A stretch of DNA of 64,000 nt from assembly GCA_965249575.1 (NCBI GenBank), contig OZ252244.1, positions 1,664,001-1,728,000 on the forward strand, in the 5' to 3' direction. This document shows, in pieces, positions 10,792 to 20,533 of this stretch; positions within the stretch are counted from its first letter, which is position 1, and each line of letters starts with the position of its first letter. The position numbers and the translations under genes were made by a program. Source of the stretch: Gemmatimonadales bacterium. GTDB lineage: Bacteria; Gemmatimonadota; Gemmatimonadetes; Gemmatimonadales; GWC2-71-9. The notes beneath the pieces were generated by a model, which worked only from the letters and a program-made list of their open reading frames with translations, did no database searches and was not told the origin of the DNA.

Positions 10792-12057
10792 CTACGCGGT
10801 GGCGCCGCAGTATCGCAACGCCGCGAGGACGAGCGTTCGTGTTACGGTGACGAGATCGTCGATGGGGACATACTCGTCGGGACGGTGCGCGTTCCGAATG
10901 TCTCCGGGGCCGAACAACACGGTCGGGGTGTGCGCCACATTGACCAGGAGCCGGAGGTCAGCGCCGTACGTCATGCCTTGTACTCTGGCACTCCCTCCCC
11001 CAGCAGCGAGAAACGCGCCCGACACGGTTCGCACCAGGGGGTGATCCGGTTCGATGCCCCCCGGCTCGAACTGCGCACCCCACCACTCCACGTGCGGCCG
11101 GTGGGTTCGGAGCCATGCGTCCGCATCCGCCGCGTCGGCCACGGCCCGCTCTAGTTCCATGCGCGCCATCGCCGGATCCTCGCCGACGGCCACGCCAAAC
11201 CGGCCCTCGAACGTGAGGTCTTCGGCCACGGAGGAGGCCCACGTGCCGGCGCGCAACGTGCCGACACAGAGTGCATAGGGGAGCGCGTAGTCACTAAAGA
11301 GGGGATCCCGCACGGCGGCGTTGCGTCTCCGCTCAAGCGCCATGAGCGATTCGTAAATCGGCACGAACTTCTCGATCGCCGACACGCCCTCTTCGCGGAT
11401 GCATCCGTGCGCCGCGAGGCCAGGGACGGTCACGCGAAAGTTGAGCGCCCCAGCTTGTGCAGGTGCGACGATCAGTTCGGTGGGCTCGACCACGATGGCG
11501 CCGTCCGCGCGGTAGCCGCGCTCGATCGCGGCCAGAGTCCCTACACCTCCATCCTCCTCACCGATCACGCTCTCGATGATCAGCTTACCCGGCAACCTCA
11601 CGCCCGCGTCGTGGATCGCCTTTGCGGCGTACAGAGCGCAGCACAGCCCCCCCTTCATGTCGAGGGCGCCGCGCCCGTATACGCGTCCGTCGCTCACCGT
11701 GCCCTGCCAGGGCGGAAAACGCCAATTGGATTCATCGCCCGGGGGAACGACGTCGACGTGCCCGTTGACGATGAGGCTCCGACCACCGGTTCCGCCGCCC
11801 AGGACGCCAGCCACGCCCATGCCGTCCGCGCGCTCGACCTCGGCGCTGTAGGCCGGATGCCTTCTCAGTTCGTCGAAATCCAGGTCCCATACGTCCACTT
11901 CGAGACCGCAACGTTCCATCTGTGCGGCCACGTGCCTCTGAGCCTCCGTCTCCTCTCCGCTCAGGCTGCGCACGCCGATTAGCCGCCGCAGGTAGGCGAT
12001 CATGCCGTCGACGTCGATCGCCTCAAGCGCGCCACGTTCGGTTTCGTCAGAGATCAC
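10792..12057 (-). CDS. ArgE/DapE-family (M20A) deacylase
   Basis: NGHVDVVP, GRGALDMKGG, GEEDGG, AHRPDEY motifs. Confidence 0.92.
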   Translation of the reverse strand: MISDETERGALEAIDVDGMIAYLRRLIGVRSLSGEETEAQRHVAAQMERCGLEVDVWDLDFDELRRHPAYSAEVERADGMGVAGVLGGGTGGRSLIVNGHVDVVPPGDESNWRFPPWQGTVSDGRVYGRGALDMKGGLCCALYAAKAIHDAGVRLPGKLIIESVIGEEDGGVGTLAAIERGYRADGAIVVEPTELIVAPAQAGALNFRVTVPGLAAHGCIREEGVSAIEKFVPIYESLMALERRRNAAVRDPLFSDYALPYALCVGTLRAGTWASSVAEDLTFEGRFGVAVGEDPAMARMELERAVADAADADAWLRTHRPHVEWWGAQFEPGGIEPDHPLVRTVSGAFLAAGGGSARVQGMTYGADLRLLVNVAHTPTVLFGPGDIRNAHRPDEYVPIDDLVTVTRTLVLAALRYCGATA

Positions 12058-12101
12058 GCGTCCAGCCCGCCCTCATGTGGATTCAGCGACCCTGCTCCAG
12101 C

Positions 12102-13301
12102 TCAGCCGGTGGCAGCCAGCGCCTGCCGCAGATCGTCGATTAGGTCTCGTATATCTTCGATGCCGACCGAGTAACGAATAAGCCCCTCGGGGATGCCCAT
12201 CGCTTCACGCTCCTCTGCTGTGCATTCCACGTGCGACGTAGTCGCCGGCGGTCCGGCGACGGTTTCCACAGATCCCAGATTCGCCGCGCGATGCGCGAGG
12301 CGGAGCGCGGGGAGGAACCGTTTGACAGCCTCGAAACCGCCGTCCAAGAGAAAGCTCAGGACGCCACCGAAACCGGACATTTGACGCCTCGCGATGTCAT
12401 GGTTCTCGTGCGATGGAAGCCCGGGATAGAAAACCCTCGAGACCCCGGACGCTGATTCTAGGAATCTGGCGATCTCGAGTGCACTCTCGTTTTGCCGCTG
12501 CACGCGAAGATGAAGCGTCTTGACCCCTCGCAGCAGGAGGTACGCCGCCTCCGGATGCAGCGAGGCGCCGGTGATCTCCCGGTAATGAAACATTTGCTGG
12601 ATCAGACTCGACGAACCGCATGCGATTCCGCCCAGGGCGTCGGCGTGCCCACCGAGGAACTTCGTGGCGCTGTGCAGTACGATGTCGGCGCCCAACGCGA
12701 GGGGGCGCTGATTCACGGGTGTGGCAAAGGTATTGTCCACCACGACCAGTGCTCCGACTCGATGAGCCGCCTCGGAGAGACGCGCCAGATCGATCACCTT
12801 CACGGTCGGGTTCGTCGGGCTCTCGAGGTAGAGGAGGTCGCAGCCTTGCTCAATCTCCCGTTCGATGGCCGCGTGATCTGTGGTCTCGCATAAGGCAACA
12901 TCGACTTGGATTCGGGGGAGGAAATCCGTAAAGATGACGTTGGTGCCGCCATACGAGTCCTTGATGGATACGACACGTTTCCCCGGTGTGAGAAACGCGA
13001 AGAGGCTGGCGCTGATGGCCGCCATCCCCGTCGCAAAGCTCGTCGCGTCGTCGGCGCTCTCGAGGGTGCGTATCTTCCCCTCAAAGGCGTCGACGGTCGG
13101 ATTGGTATTCCGGCTGTAGATGTGACCCGGCTTTCGCCTGAGAGCCACGTCCAGCCACTCGTCGACGTCGTCGTAACCGAATGCCACGCTGTGTACCAGC
13201 GGAACCTGGGTGGCTCCACCCCACCCGCGAGCCGTCTCGCCGGCCCAAACGGCTTGAGTACCGAGGCCGAGGGAATGCTGCTCGGACATGGGCGTCTCCA
13301 A
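12102..13301 (-). CDS. PLP-dependent gamma-family lyase/synthase (cystathionine gamma-synthase/methionine gamma-lyase family)
   Basis: YSRNTNPT, ESPTNP, DNTFATP, HSATKFLGGH (PLP Lys), LIRYSVGIED. Confidence 0.93.
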   Translation of the reverse strand: METPMSEQHSLGLGTQAVWAGETARGWGGATQVPLVHSVAFGYDDVDEWLDVALRRKPGHIYSRNTNPTVDAFEGKIRTLESADDATSFATGMAAISASLFAFLTPGKRVVSIKDSYGGTNVIFTDFLPRIQVDVALCETTDHAAIEREIEQGCDLLYLESPTNPTVKVIDLARLSEAAHRVGALVVVDNTFATPVNQRPLALGADIVLHSATKFLGGHADALGGIACGSSSLIQQMFHYREITGASLHPEAAYLLLRGVKTLHLRVQRQNESALEIARFLESASGVSRVFYPGLPSHENHDIARRQMSGFGGVLSFLLDGGFEAVKRFLPALRLAHRAANLGSVETVAGPPATTSHVECTAEEREAMGIPEGLIRYSVGIEDIRDLIDDLRQALAATG

Positions 13302-13374
13302 TGCTGGGACCAGGCCGCCGTAAATCGCGAGCCACCGGTCGCCCGACGGTTAGGTATCGAGCGGAAAGGAAGAG

Positions 13375-13899
13375 ATGACAGCGATGGAGACTAACGTCAT
13401 CGGCCGCATGGGGCGAGTGATTCTTCGACCGACCACGGAGCACACCGTGGATTTTGTCGTGCGAACCGAGCACGACCCCACGAATGCCCGGTTCATATTT
13501 CAGTGGACGAGGGACGAGCATCTGGCGGCTGCCGCCGACCCAACGGTCATGCACGCGGTCATCGTGGCGGAGCCGGACGACCGCCTGGCCGGGTACGCGG
13601 TGCTTCGCGGGTTGAATGGCCCGCACCGGAGCATTGAGCTAATGCGCATTGCGATGGTGGAGCACGGGCAGGGTTTGGGACGGGAGGCCGTGAGACTCTT
13701 GAAGCAGCTCAGCTTCAAACGGTTCGGTGCTCATCGTCTCTGGCTGGACGTTATGGACCATAACGAAAGGGCCCGCGGTCTTTATCACTCCGAGGGCTTC
13801 GTCGAGGAGGGCGTTCTCAGGGATGCCATTCGGCACGGAAACCGCTTCGTGTCCCTGACCATCATGTCCATTCTCGAGAACGAATACAGGGAGGCGTGA
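13375..13899 (+). CDS. GNAT N-acetyltransferase (RimJ/SpeG-like)
   Basis: GQGLG acetyl-CoA motif; HRLWLDV..HNERARGLY..GFVEEG.LR. Confidence 0.9.
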   Translation: MTAMETNVIGRMGRVILRPTTEHTVDFVVRTEHDPTNARFIFQWTRDEHLAAAADPTVMHAVIVAEPDDRLAGYAVLRGLNGPHRSIELMRIAMVEHGQGLGREAVRLLKQLSFKRFGAHRLWLDVMDHNERARGLYHSEGFVEEGVLRDAIRHGNRFVSLTIMSILENEYREA

Positions 13900-14434
13900 G
13901 AACCAGCGGGATAACCGTCTTTCTACGAGGGAATCAGGCCCCGGCTCCTGGCATCCCGCCGGGCTTGCGGATCCAGTAGACCCGCCTCCGCGAGCGCTCC
14001 GGCCATGAGCCTCAGCCGACCTACTGGGCTGTCCCAACGCCTCGAGCACGCGGGCGGGGTGATATAGTCCATGGTTGGTGCGGGCGCGCCCAGCGCCACG
14101 CATGGTCCCACGCCTAGAGCGCTTCGTCGAACTCCCCGTACCGGGCGGCAGGGCGCTGGTCACCGCCACCGGTCCGGCCGAGCCGTCCGGGACAACCCAC
14201 GCCGCGGTGACCCTCGAGCCCGCGACCGGATCGCCACAGCCCACCTCCACACCGATCCTCGTAGGGCGCGTCGGCGCCGAGCGAGGCACGACGACCGCCG
14301 ACCGCGCCTCCCGCGGCCGTGCTCGGAGTTTTTCTTTGGAATCACCTGTTTGACCATATATTGACGCCGTTCGCTCGGGCCGGGCGCCAACAATCGCGTC
14401 CAGCCCAGTACACCGATCCGTGCAAGGGCCGGTC

Positions 14435-15562
14435 ATGGCGAAAGACACCGCCGTCCAACACATCGAAGCCGCCGTAGCAGCTGGTCTGCGGTACGTCGGT
14501 GATTCGATGCCGGGCATCCGCCGCGAGCGCACAGACGGCGAGTTCAGGTACGTCGATCCCAAAGGCGACGTCATCAACGACTCGGGCGAGTTGCAGCGTA
14601 TCAAGTCGTTGGTGATTCCACCCGCCTGGACCGATGTGTGGATCTGCCCCGAGGCCAGCGGACACATCCAGGTCACGGCCCGAGATGCCAAGGGCCGGAA
14701 ACAGTACCGGTATCACCCTCGGTATCGCGAGATCCGGGACGAAACGAAATTCGGGAGGATGTTGGAGTTCAGTGATCTACTGCCAGCGATCCGTTACAGG
14801 GTTGAGCGCGACGTTTCCCGCCCCGGACTTCCGAGGGAGAAAGTCCTGGCAACCGTCGTTCGGCTGCTGGAGAAAACGCTGATCAGGGTTGGCAACGACG
14901 AGTACGCTCGGGACAACCAGTCTTTCGGACTGACGACCCTTCGCCGGCGGCACGTTCGGGTTTCAGGTTCAAAGATGCGGTTTGAATTTCGCGGGAAGAG
15001 TGGCGTGGTGCGCAGCGTCGCCATCACGGACCTCCGTCTCGCGAGAATCGTTCAGCGGTGCCAGACCCTCCCCGGCCAAGAGCTGTTCAAGTTCCTGGAC
15101 GACAACGGCAAGCGCCAGACGATCGACTCGGGCGACATCAACGACTACCTGCGCGAGATCACGGGGGAAGACGTGACGGCCAAGGACTTTCGAACGTGGG
15201 CCGGCACCATGCTGGCGGCTGCTGCGCTCCGTGACTTGGGCCCCGGCGAAGACTCGCGTGAGGTCAAATCGAACGTGGTCACGGCCGTCGACCGCGTAGC
15301 CGAACGCCTTGGAAACACCCGGGCCACGTGCAGAAAGTATTACATCCATCCAGCGCTCATCCAGGCATACGAGCGGGGGCTCGTCCCGGAAGCTCCGCCG
15401 GCTGCCGCCGGCAAACGCCGCGCGCGGCCCTCGGCCGAAATCCGCCGGGAAGAGGCGGCCGTGCTGCAGTTTCTCCAGACGCACGCCACGCCAGCGGGCG
15501 GAGGAACCGGCTCGAGCGACACACCTACGCACGAGCCTGCGGCGCCGGACACCGATCCCTAG
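14435..15562 (+). CDS. DNA topoisomerase IB (bacterial/poxvirus type)
   Basis: IPPAWTDVWI, DAKGRKQYRYH, IRVGN, FRGKSG, AKDFRTW, LGNT..CRKYY catalytic motifs. Confidence 0.95.
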   Translation: MAKDTAVQHIEAAVAAGLRYVGDSMPGIRRERTDGEFRYVDPKGDVINDSGELQRIKSLVIPPAWTDVWICPEASGHIQVTARDAKGRKQYRYHPRYREIRDETKFGRMLEFSDLLPAIRYRVERDVSRPGLPREKVLATVVRLLEKTLIRVGNDEYARDNQSFGLTTLRRRHVRVSGSKMRFEFRGKSGVVRSVAITDLRLARIVQRCQTLPGQELFKFLDDNGKRQTIDSGDINDYLREITGEDVTAKDFRTWAGTMLAAAALRDLGPGEDSREVKSNVVTAVDRVAERLGNTRATCRKYYIHPALIQAYERGLVPEAPPAAAGKRRARPSAEIRREEAAVLQFLQTHATPAGGGTGSSDTPTHEPAAPDTDP

Positions 15563-15757
15563 GTCGACTTCTCCCGGTCGCGCCAACGTCACCGCAGCCT
15601 CCCTTCCAACGCGCACTTCGACGGGCTCACCGCCCTGGCCGCGGCCGCGATCGGGAGCTATCATGGCCGTCCATTGCGGCCTGCGTGACTCGGTCACGCG
15701 CGAACCGCCGACTCTCTAGACCGTCACCCAGCCGACGTGAGCGCGAGGTACCTGGCG

Positions 15758-16539
15758 ATGGCATCCTTGCTCCAGCAACTCATCGAGGAACTGAACAGCG
15801 GCAGCCTCAGGGTAATCGACCTCACGCAGCCACTGGGGCCGGATACGCCGGTCATCGGGTTGCCTCCGATTTTCGCATCCTCACCCGGCGTCTCGGTCGA
15901 GCAGATTTCCCGGTACGACGACAAGGGGCCCGGATGGTATTGGAACACCATTCGACTCGGGGAGCACACCGGGACGCATTTCGACGCGCCGATTCACTGG
16001 ATAACCGGCAAAGATTTGCCCGACAACGCTTGCAATACGATCCCGGCCAGGCGCTTCGTCGGCCCGGCCAGCGTCATCGACGTCACGCGGGAGGTCGAGG
16101 CCGACCCGGACTTCGTCCTTACACCCAAGCGGATCGAGATCGAGGAGAGGAAGAGAACGGACGCATCCCGGCCGGGGCGTGGGTGTTGATGCGAACCGGG
16201 TGGAGCAAGCGGGAATCGGCGGACGACTTCCTGAACGTCGGCGATGATGGTCCGCACACTCCGGGGTTCCACAAATCGGCATCCGAGCTCCTCGCGAACG
16301 ATCGTGACGTGCTCGGTGTCGGCGTGGAGACCGTGGGAACGGACGCCGGACAAGCGGGAACGTTCGAGCCACCGTTTCCCAATCACAGCATCATGCACGG
16401 CGCGGGGAAATTCGGGCTCGCGAGTCTTCGCAACCTCGATCGGCTCCCGGCTACGGGCGCGATCGTGATCGCCGCGCCCCTCAAGCTGGTGGACGGGAGC
16501 GGGAGTCCGGTACGGGTGCTGGCGATCGCCCCCACCTGA
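15758..16539 (+). CDS. Cyclase-family (kynurenine formamidase/isatin hydrolase-like) metal hydrolase, frameshifted near 16140-16150
   Basis: EHTGTHFDAPIH in first frame; GRIPAGAWVLMRTGW...GSGSPVRVLA in second frame. Confidence 0.88.
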
Positions 16540-16742
16540 TCGACACGGCGCCGGACGCGTCCGCGCTGCCCGGACAGCGCGGCGACTCCCGGCACACTGC
16601 TGTTGACAATCGCCGGGGCGCCGGGGCAACTATCCAGCGCAGTAGCCGGCAGCCACTCTCAGCAGCGAGGTCCCGCCTGGCGCGACGATCGGGGAGAATA
16701 AGCCGCCGGTCTCGGCCGGGACTCGGAGCCGAGACCGCCGCC

Positions 16743-17546
16743 ACCCGCATTCTGTTGATCGAGGACAACCAGAGGCACGCCAAGCTTCTTGGAGACACCC
16801 TCGACGAGGCCGGGTTGGTTCGCGGCGCACCGCAGTGCGAGCTGACGCACGAGACCCGGTTGGCCGATGGTATCACCCGACTGGCGGGCGGTGGCATCGA
16901 CCTCGTGCTGCTCGACCTCTCCCTCCCCGAAGAAGCGACCGGCCTGGAACCGCTCCTCCGCGTGCGAGAGGAAAGCCCGGACGTGCCCGTGATCGTCCTG
17001 ACCGGTGCGGCGGACGACGAGCTCGCCGGCCAAGCGCTCCAGGCAGGCGCGCAAGACTACCTCACCAAGGGGAAGCTCAATCCCGACTTGCTGGGCAGGT
17101 CCATCCGTTACGCGCAGCAGCTTGGACGCCTCGAGAAGGCCATGAAGAGCCTCTCGTTCATGGACGGCCTCACGAATCTCTACAACCGAAGAGGCTTCGT
17201 GACGCTCGCCGAGCCGCAGATCCAGCTCACGCAGCGGATTCAGGGGAAGTTCCTCACCGTGTCGGCCGACATCACCGGCCTCCACCAGATCAATGAGGAG
17301 CGGGGATTCGAGGAAGGCGAGTCGGTCTTGCGCGAAACGGCGGAGATACTCCGGCTGACCTTTCGGGACTCGGACCTCATCGCGCGCCTGGAGGGGGGGG
17401 GTACGTTCGTGGTGCTCGCCGTCGACGCACCCGAGGAAACGAGCGCGATCATCGAGAAGCGCCTCAAGCAGCACGTGGCGACCTTCAACGGGCAGACCGT
17501 TCGAGGCTACAACCTCTCGAACGCCGCACGGCCCACGCGAGCCTGA
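16743..17546 (+). pseudogene. Receiver domain plus degenerate GGDEF domain, 3'-truncated at about 17517 (start codon not identified)
   Basis: TRILLIEDN..LLDLSLP..GAQDYLTK; DGLTNLYNRRGF; GGDEF position reads ARLEGGGTF; domain stops after GYNLS. Confidence 0.75.
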
Positions 17547-17616
17547 GTTCCTGATGGATGTGTCGTCCCGCATCCTCACCTGGTTCAAGAAGCACCTGCG
17601 GAAACCAACTACGTAA
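17518..17616 (+). pseudogene. Orphan C-terminal fragment of an S9 (prolyl oligopeptidase family) peptidase
   Basis: Reads RTPHGPREPEFLMDVSSRILTWFKKHLRKPTT*, resembling the catalytic-His tail of S9 peptidases; no upstream part present. Confidence 0.7.
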
Positions 17617-17648
17617 GTGCCCATCGGGGGCTCGGGCCGCTCCGGTGG

Positions 17649-18110
17649 CTAGACCGCCATCTCGGGCGGCACGGTCCAGCGAACGCGCCAGACTCCGGCC
17701 TGACCACCCAGGCACACGATACTTCCCGGCTGGAACGTCATCAGGCGCTGTGCGGGCTCGTCCGCCACGAGCAACGAGGCGAGCCGGCCCAGGTGGGGTA
17801 GGTGGCCCACCAGCATGACGGGCGTGGTCAGGTGCTTGACCGCCTGCTTCGTTGCGGCCGGATCGTCCTTGGGTCCGAGCCCTTCCATGTGCAATGACCC
17901 GAGCTCCGGCTCCAGGGCATCGGCGAAGATCTCCGCCGTTGCCCTCGCTCTGAGCTTGCCGGAGTGATAGATGGCCGAGACGCGCACGCCCTGGCGCTTG
18001 GACCAGTCCGCCACGCGCAGGACCTCCTTCCGACCCAAGTCCGTGAGCGGGCGGCCCGGGTCCTCGTCTTCAGCCTTCGCCTGGCCGTGCTGAACTAGGT
18101 AGAGCTCCAT
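17649..18110 (-). CDS. sixA: Phosphohistidine phosphatase SixA-like
   Basis: LYLVQHG (RHG variant), RPLT..G, HSGKLRA..TA, LVGHLPHL. Confidence 0.85.
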   Translation of the reverse strand: MELYLVQHGQAKAEDEDPGRPLTDLGRKEVLRVADWSKRQGVRVSAIYHSGKLRARATAEIFADALEPELGSLHMEGLGPKDDPAATKQAVKHLTTPVMLVGHLPHLGRLASLLVADEPAQRLMTFQPGSIVCLGGQAGVWRVRWTVPPEMAV

Positions 18111-18212
18111 GATCTCGCTGTGATCGGGTATGAAAGCCTGAACCCCGCGCGGCCCGAGGTCAAGAGTGGCAATGGCGATTGGCAAACCGGACTCCGCCCA
18201 CTACGACACTCA

Positions 18213-19103
18213 CTACTCACCTCTCGCAACTCTAACCGTTCCGCAATGTATCTCCACGGTATCGTCTGGCCGGAGCGCGTATCCACCGGCCAGGACAACC
18301 GCGACGGGGACTTTCCGAGCGGCGAACGTCTCGAAGACGAGGCGATCGCGTTGCCACAGTCCCTCCAGCGTGAGCCCCAGCCCGCCGAGTTGATCCTCCC
18401 GGTAGGGATCGGCACCGGCCAGGTAAACCGCGAGGTCCGGCTGGAACGTCGCGAACATTCTTTCGAGGCCTTCACCGAGCCGGCTCAAGTACTCGCCATC
18501 CCCGGTTCCGTCCGGCAGGCCGATGTCCAGATCGCTCGGCGGCTTCCAAAACGGATAATTCTGCTCCTGGTGTATCGAGAACGTAAAGACTTGATCGACC
18601 TTCGCGAACACCGCGGCGGTCCCATTGCCGTGGTGGACGTCGCAGTCGATCACGGCCGCCCGCTCGATCGCCCCATCGCGGCGCAGCGTCTGGACGGCAA
18701 TGGCGACGTCATTGATGAGACAGAACCCCTCTCCATGGTCGGGGAAGGCGTGGTGAAACCCGCCCCCGAGGTGCACGGCGCGCTGGCATTCGAGCGCGAG
18801 CCTGCCGGCGAGCGTCGACCCGCTTGCGCAGGTCCACGAGGCCTCTCGCAGCTCGGGAGTGAACGGGACCTCGAGCGCCAGCAACTCCTCTGGCGTCATG
18901 GTACTGCTCTTGATCTTCTTTATGTATTCGGCGGTGTGCACGAGCCCTACGTCACCGTCACCGGCGGACTCCGGGCGATGTATGTCCGCATCGGCAACCG
19001 TCCCTTCCTCGAGCAAGCGGTCCCGCACCAAACGGTATTTAGCGGTCGGAAACACATGCGGCCCGATATCGACCTCATAGCGCTCGTGCCAGACGATGGG
19101 GAC
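18213..19103 (-). CDS. Histone deacetylase-family (AcuC/HDAC-like) amidohydrolase; native start codon missing
   Basis: GGGFHHA, GFC..ND, DCDVHHGNGT, SIHQ, AGADP, GGY; homology extends to VPIVWHERYEVDIGPHVFP at 19103 with no in-frame start upstream. Confidence 0.88.
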   Translation of the reverse strand, partial: VPIVWHERYEVDIGPHVFPTAKYRLVRDRLLEEGTVADADIHRPESAGDGDVGLVHTAEYIKKIKSSTMTPEELLALEVPFTPELREASWTCASGSTLAGRLALECQRAVHLGGGFHHAFPDHGEGFCLINDVAIAVQTLRRDGAIERAAVIDCDVHHGNGTAAVFAKVDQVFTFSIHQEQNYPFWKPPSDLDIGLPDGTGDGEYLSRLGEGLERMFATFQPDLAVYLAGADPYREDQLGGLGLTLEGLWQRDRLVFETFAARKVPVAVVLAGGYALRPDDTVEIHCGTVRVARGE

Positions 19104-20381
19104 GTGGTGACGGTGACGCCGGGTACCGCGACCATCGACCCGGGTGACATGCAGCAGTTCACCGCCGCGGCGGTCGATGCCAACTCCAATGCGGTCACCG
19201 TCAAGTTTCTCTGGGTTTCCTCCAATCAGTTCGTGGCGACGGTCGATACGCTGGGTATGGCGAGCGGCAACAGCGCCGGAACGGCTGTCATTACGGCGGT
19301 TGGCCAGGGGACGCCCGGAAACGCCGTGCTCACGGTCGGCGGTGGAGGGGGTGGCGGAGCCTCGCAGCTCGCGTTCCGCGCGGTGCCGGCGCTCGCGGTG
19401 GCCCGGAAGCCGTTTTCACTCCAGGTCGAGGTGCAGGATGTGTTCGGGAACGTGGTTCCCTCATCGACTCTAGATGTGACGCTCGACTTCGGGACCAACG
19501 CGGGCAGCATGCTCTTCTTCTCGAGCGGCCAAGACGATGCCGACGTCTGCGACCCGGGCGGCAACAGCTACACCTGCCAGTGGCTGGTGGACCCACTGAC
19601 CCCGGATTCACTCCCACCCCTGGCTTTCAACAATCACGACGGCATCCAGGCGGCGGTGTACGACCCCGCGACCGGCCTGTTGTTCGCCGCCGACAAGAGC
19701 CCGATCCTCAGCACCATCGATCCCGCAACCGGCGAAGTCATGACCGTCGGCAACCTCGGTTTCGACCTGAGTGGGCTCACCTGGGAGACGACAACCGGTG
19801 GGCGGCTACTGGGCGTCGGAAGAAACGATAACGAGCTGTACGATATCGACACACAGACTGGTGCAGCGACGTCACTCGGCTCGGTCGCGATCGCAGGCGC
19901 CGTGATTGAGAAGTGGAGCGGCATTGCAACGGACCCGACCGACGGGACCATTTTCGGTTCCGCGAGGTACCAGGGGCAGGGCAGTAACGAGCGGTACCTG
20001 GTAACGATCAACCCGACCACCCTGGTCGCGACCGAGGTGGGGCAGCTGTCAGAGGATTACGTGAGCGAGCTCGCCTTCTTCCCTGACGGAACCCTCTACG
20101 CCAGCAGGGGCACTAATGGGGCGGAGCGCATCCACCTGGTTGACAAGGCCACGGGCGACATGACGGATGTGTTCGCCGACATGCAGCGCGGAGCGGTAGC
20201 CGTTACCCTCGCGTCCGTCCCAGCGGCGCTTTCGGGCACCCTAACCGTGACCGCAGTGAACGGCGTGGCCACGTTTACCGGCCTGCACATCAACGCGCCG
20301 GGTAGCGGATACACCCTCTCGGCGTCCGCAACGGGCGTGACGGATGGAGCCACCAACGTAATGACGCTGGTAACGCCGTAG
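19104..20381 (+). CDS. Surface protein fragment: Big_2 Ig-like domain, then an Ig-like domain with an inserted beta-propeller; N-terminus missing
   Basis: VTVTPGTATI..G...QFTA...WVSSN..VATVD Big_2 pattern; repeated blades (YDPATG, IDPATG, IDTQTG, TDPTDG, VDKATG); no signal peptide. Confidence 0.8.
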   Translation: MVTVTPGTATIDPGDMQQFTAAAVDANSNAVTVKFLWVSSNQFVATVDTLGMASGNSAGTAVITAVGQGTPGNAVLTVGGGGGGGASQLAFRAVPALAVARKPFSLQVEVQDVFGNVVPSSTLDVTLDFGTNAGSMLFFSSGQDDADVCDPGGNSYTCQWLVDPLTPDSLPPLAFNNHDGIQAAVYDPATGLLFAADKSPILSTIDPATGEVMTVGNLGFDLSGLTWETTTGGRLLGVGRNDNELYDIDTQTGAATSLGSVAIAGAVIEKWSGIATDPTDGTIFGSARYQGQGSNERYLVTINPTTLVATEVGQLSEDYVSELAFFPDGTLYASRGTNGAERIHLVDKATGDMTDVFADMQRGAVAVTLASVPAALSGTLTVTAVNGVATFTGLHINAPGSGYTLSASATGVTDGATNVMTLVTP

Positions 20382-20429
20382 TACCGAGCACAAACAGATG
20401 ACGGCCCGGTAACGGGCTAGAGCACACAG

Positions 20430-20456
20430 GGCGGCGCCTTCGGGCGCCGCCTTTTT
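20430..20456 (+). terminator. Rho-independent terminator
   Basis: GGCGGCGCC-TTCG-GGCGCCGCC perfect stem followed by TTTTT, downstream of the 20381 stop. Confidence 0.9.
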
Positions 20457-20533
20457 CTCCCCGGCCAAGCCACCCCACCCCTCGCCACATCGCGCCCGAA
20501 CATGTACACTCGTGGCTTCGAGAGGACCGACCG

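Noticed and set aside
13900..14430. Possible gene between GNAT and topoisomerase
   Set aside because: Several short Arg/Pro-rich frames, none with recognisable motifs or a convincing start
18120..20381. 753-aa ORF as a single protein
   Set aside because: The first 328 codons are the antisense of the HDAC gene; only the part from 19104 is protein-like
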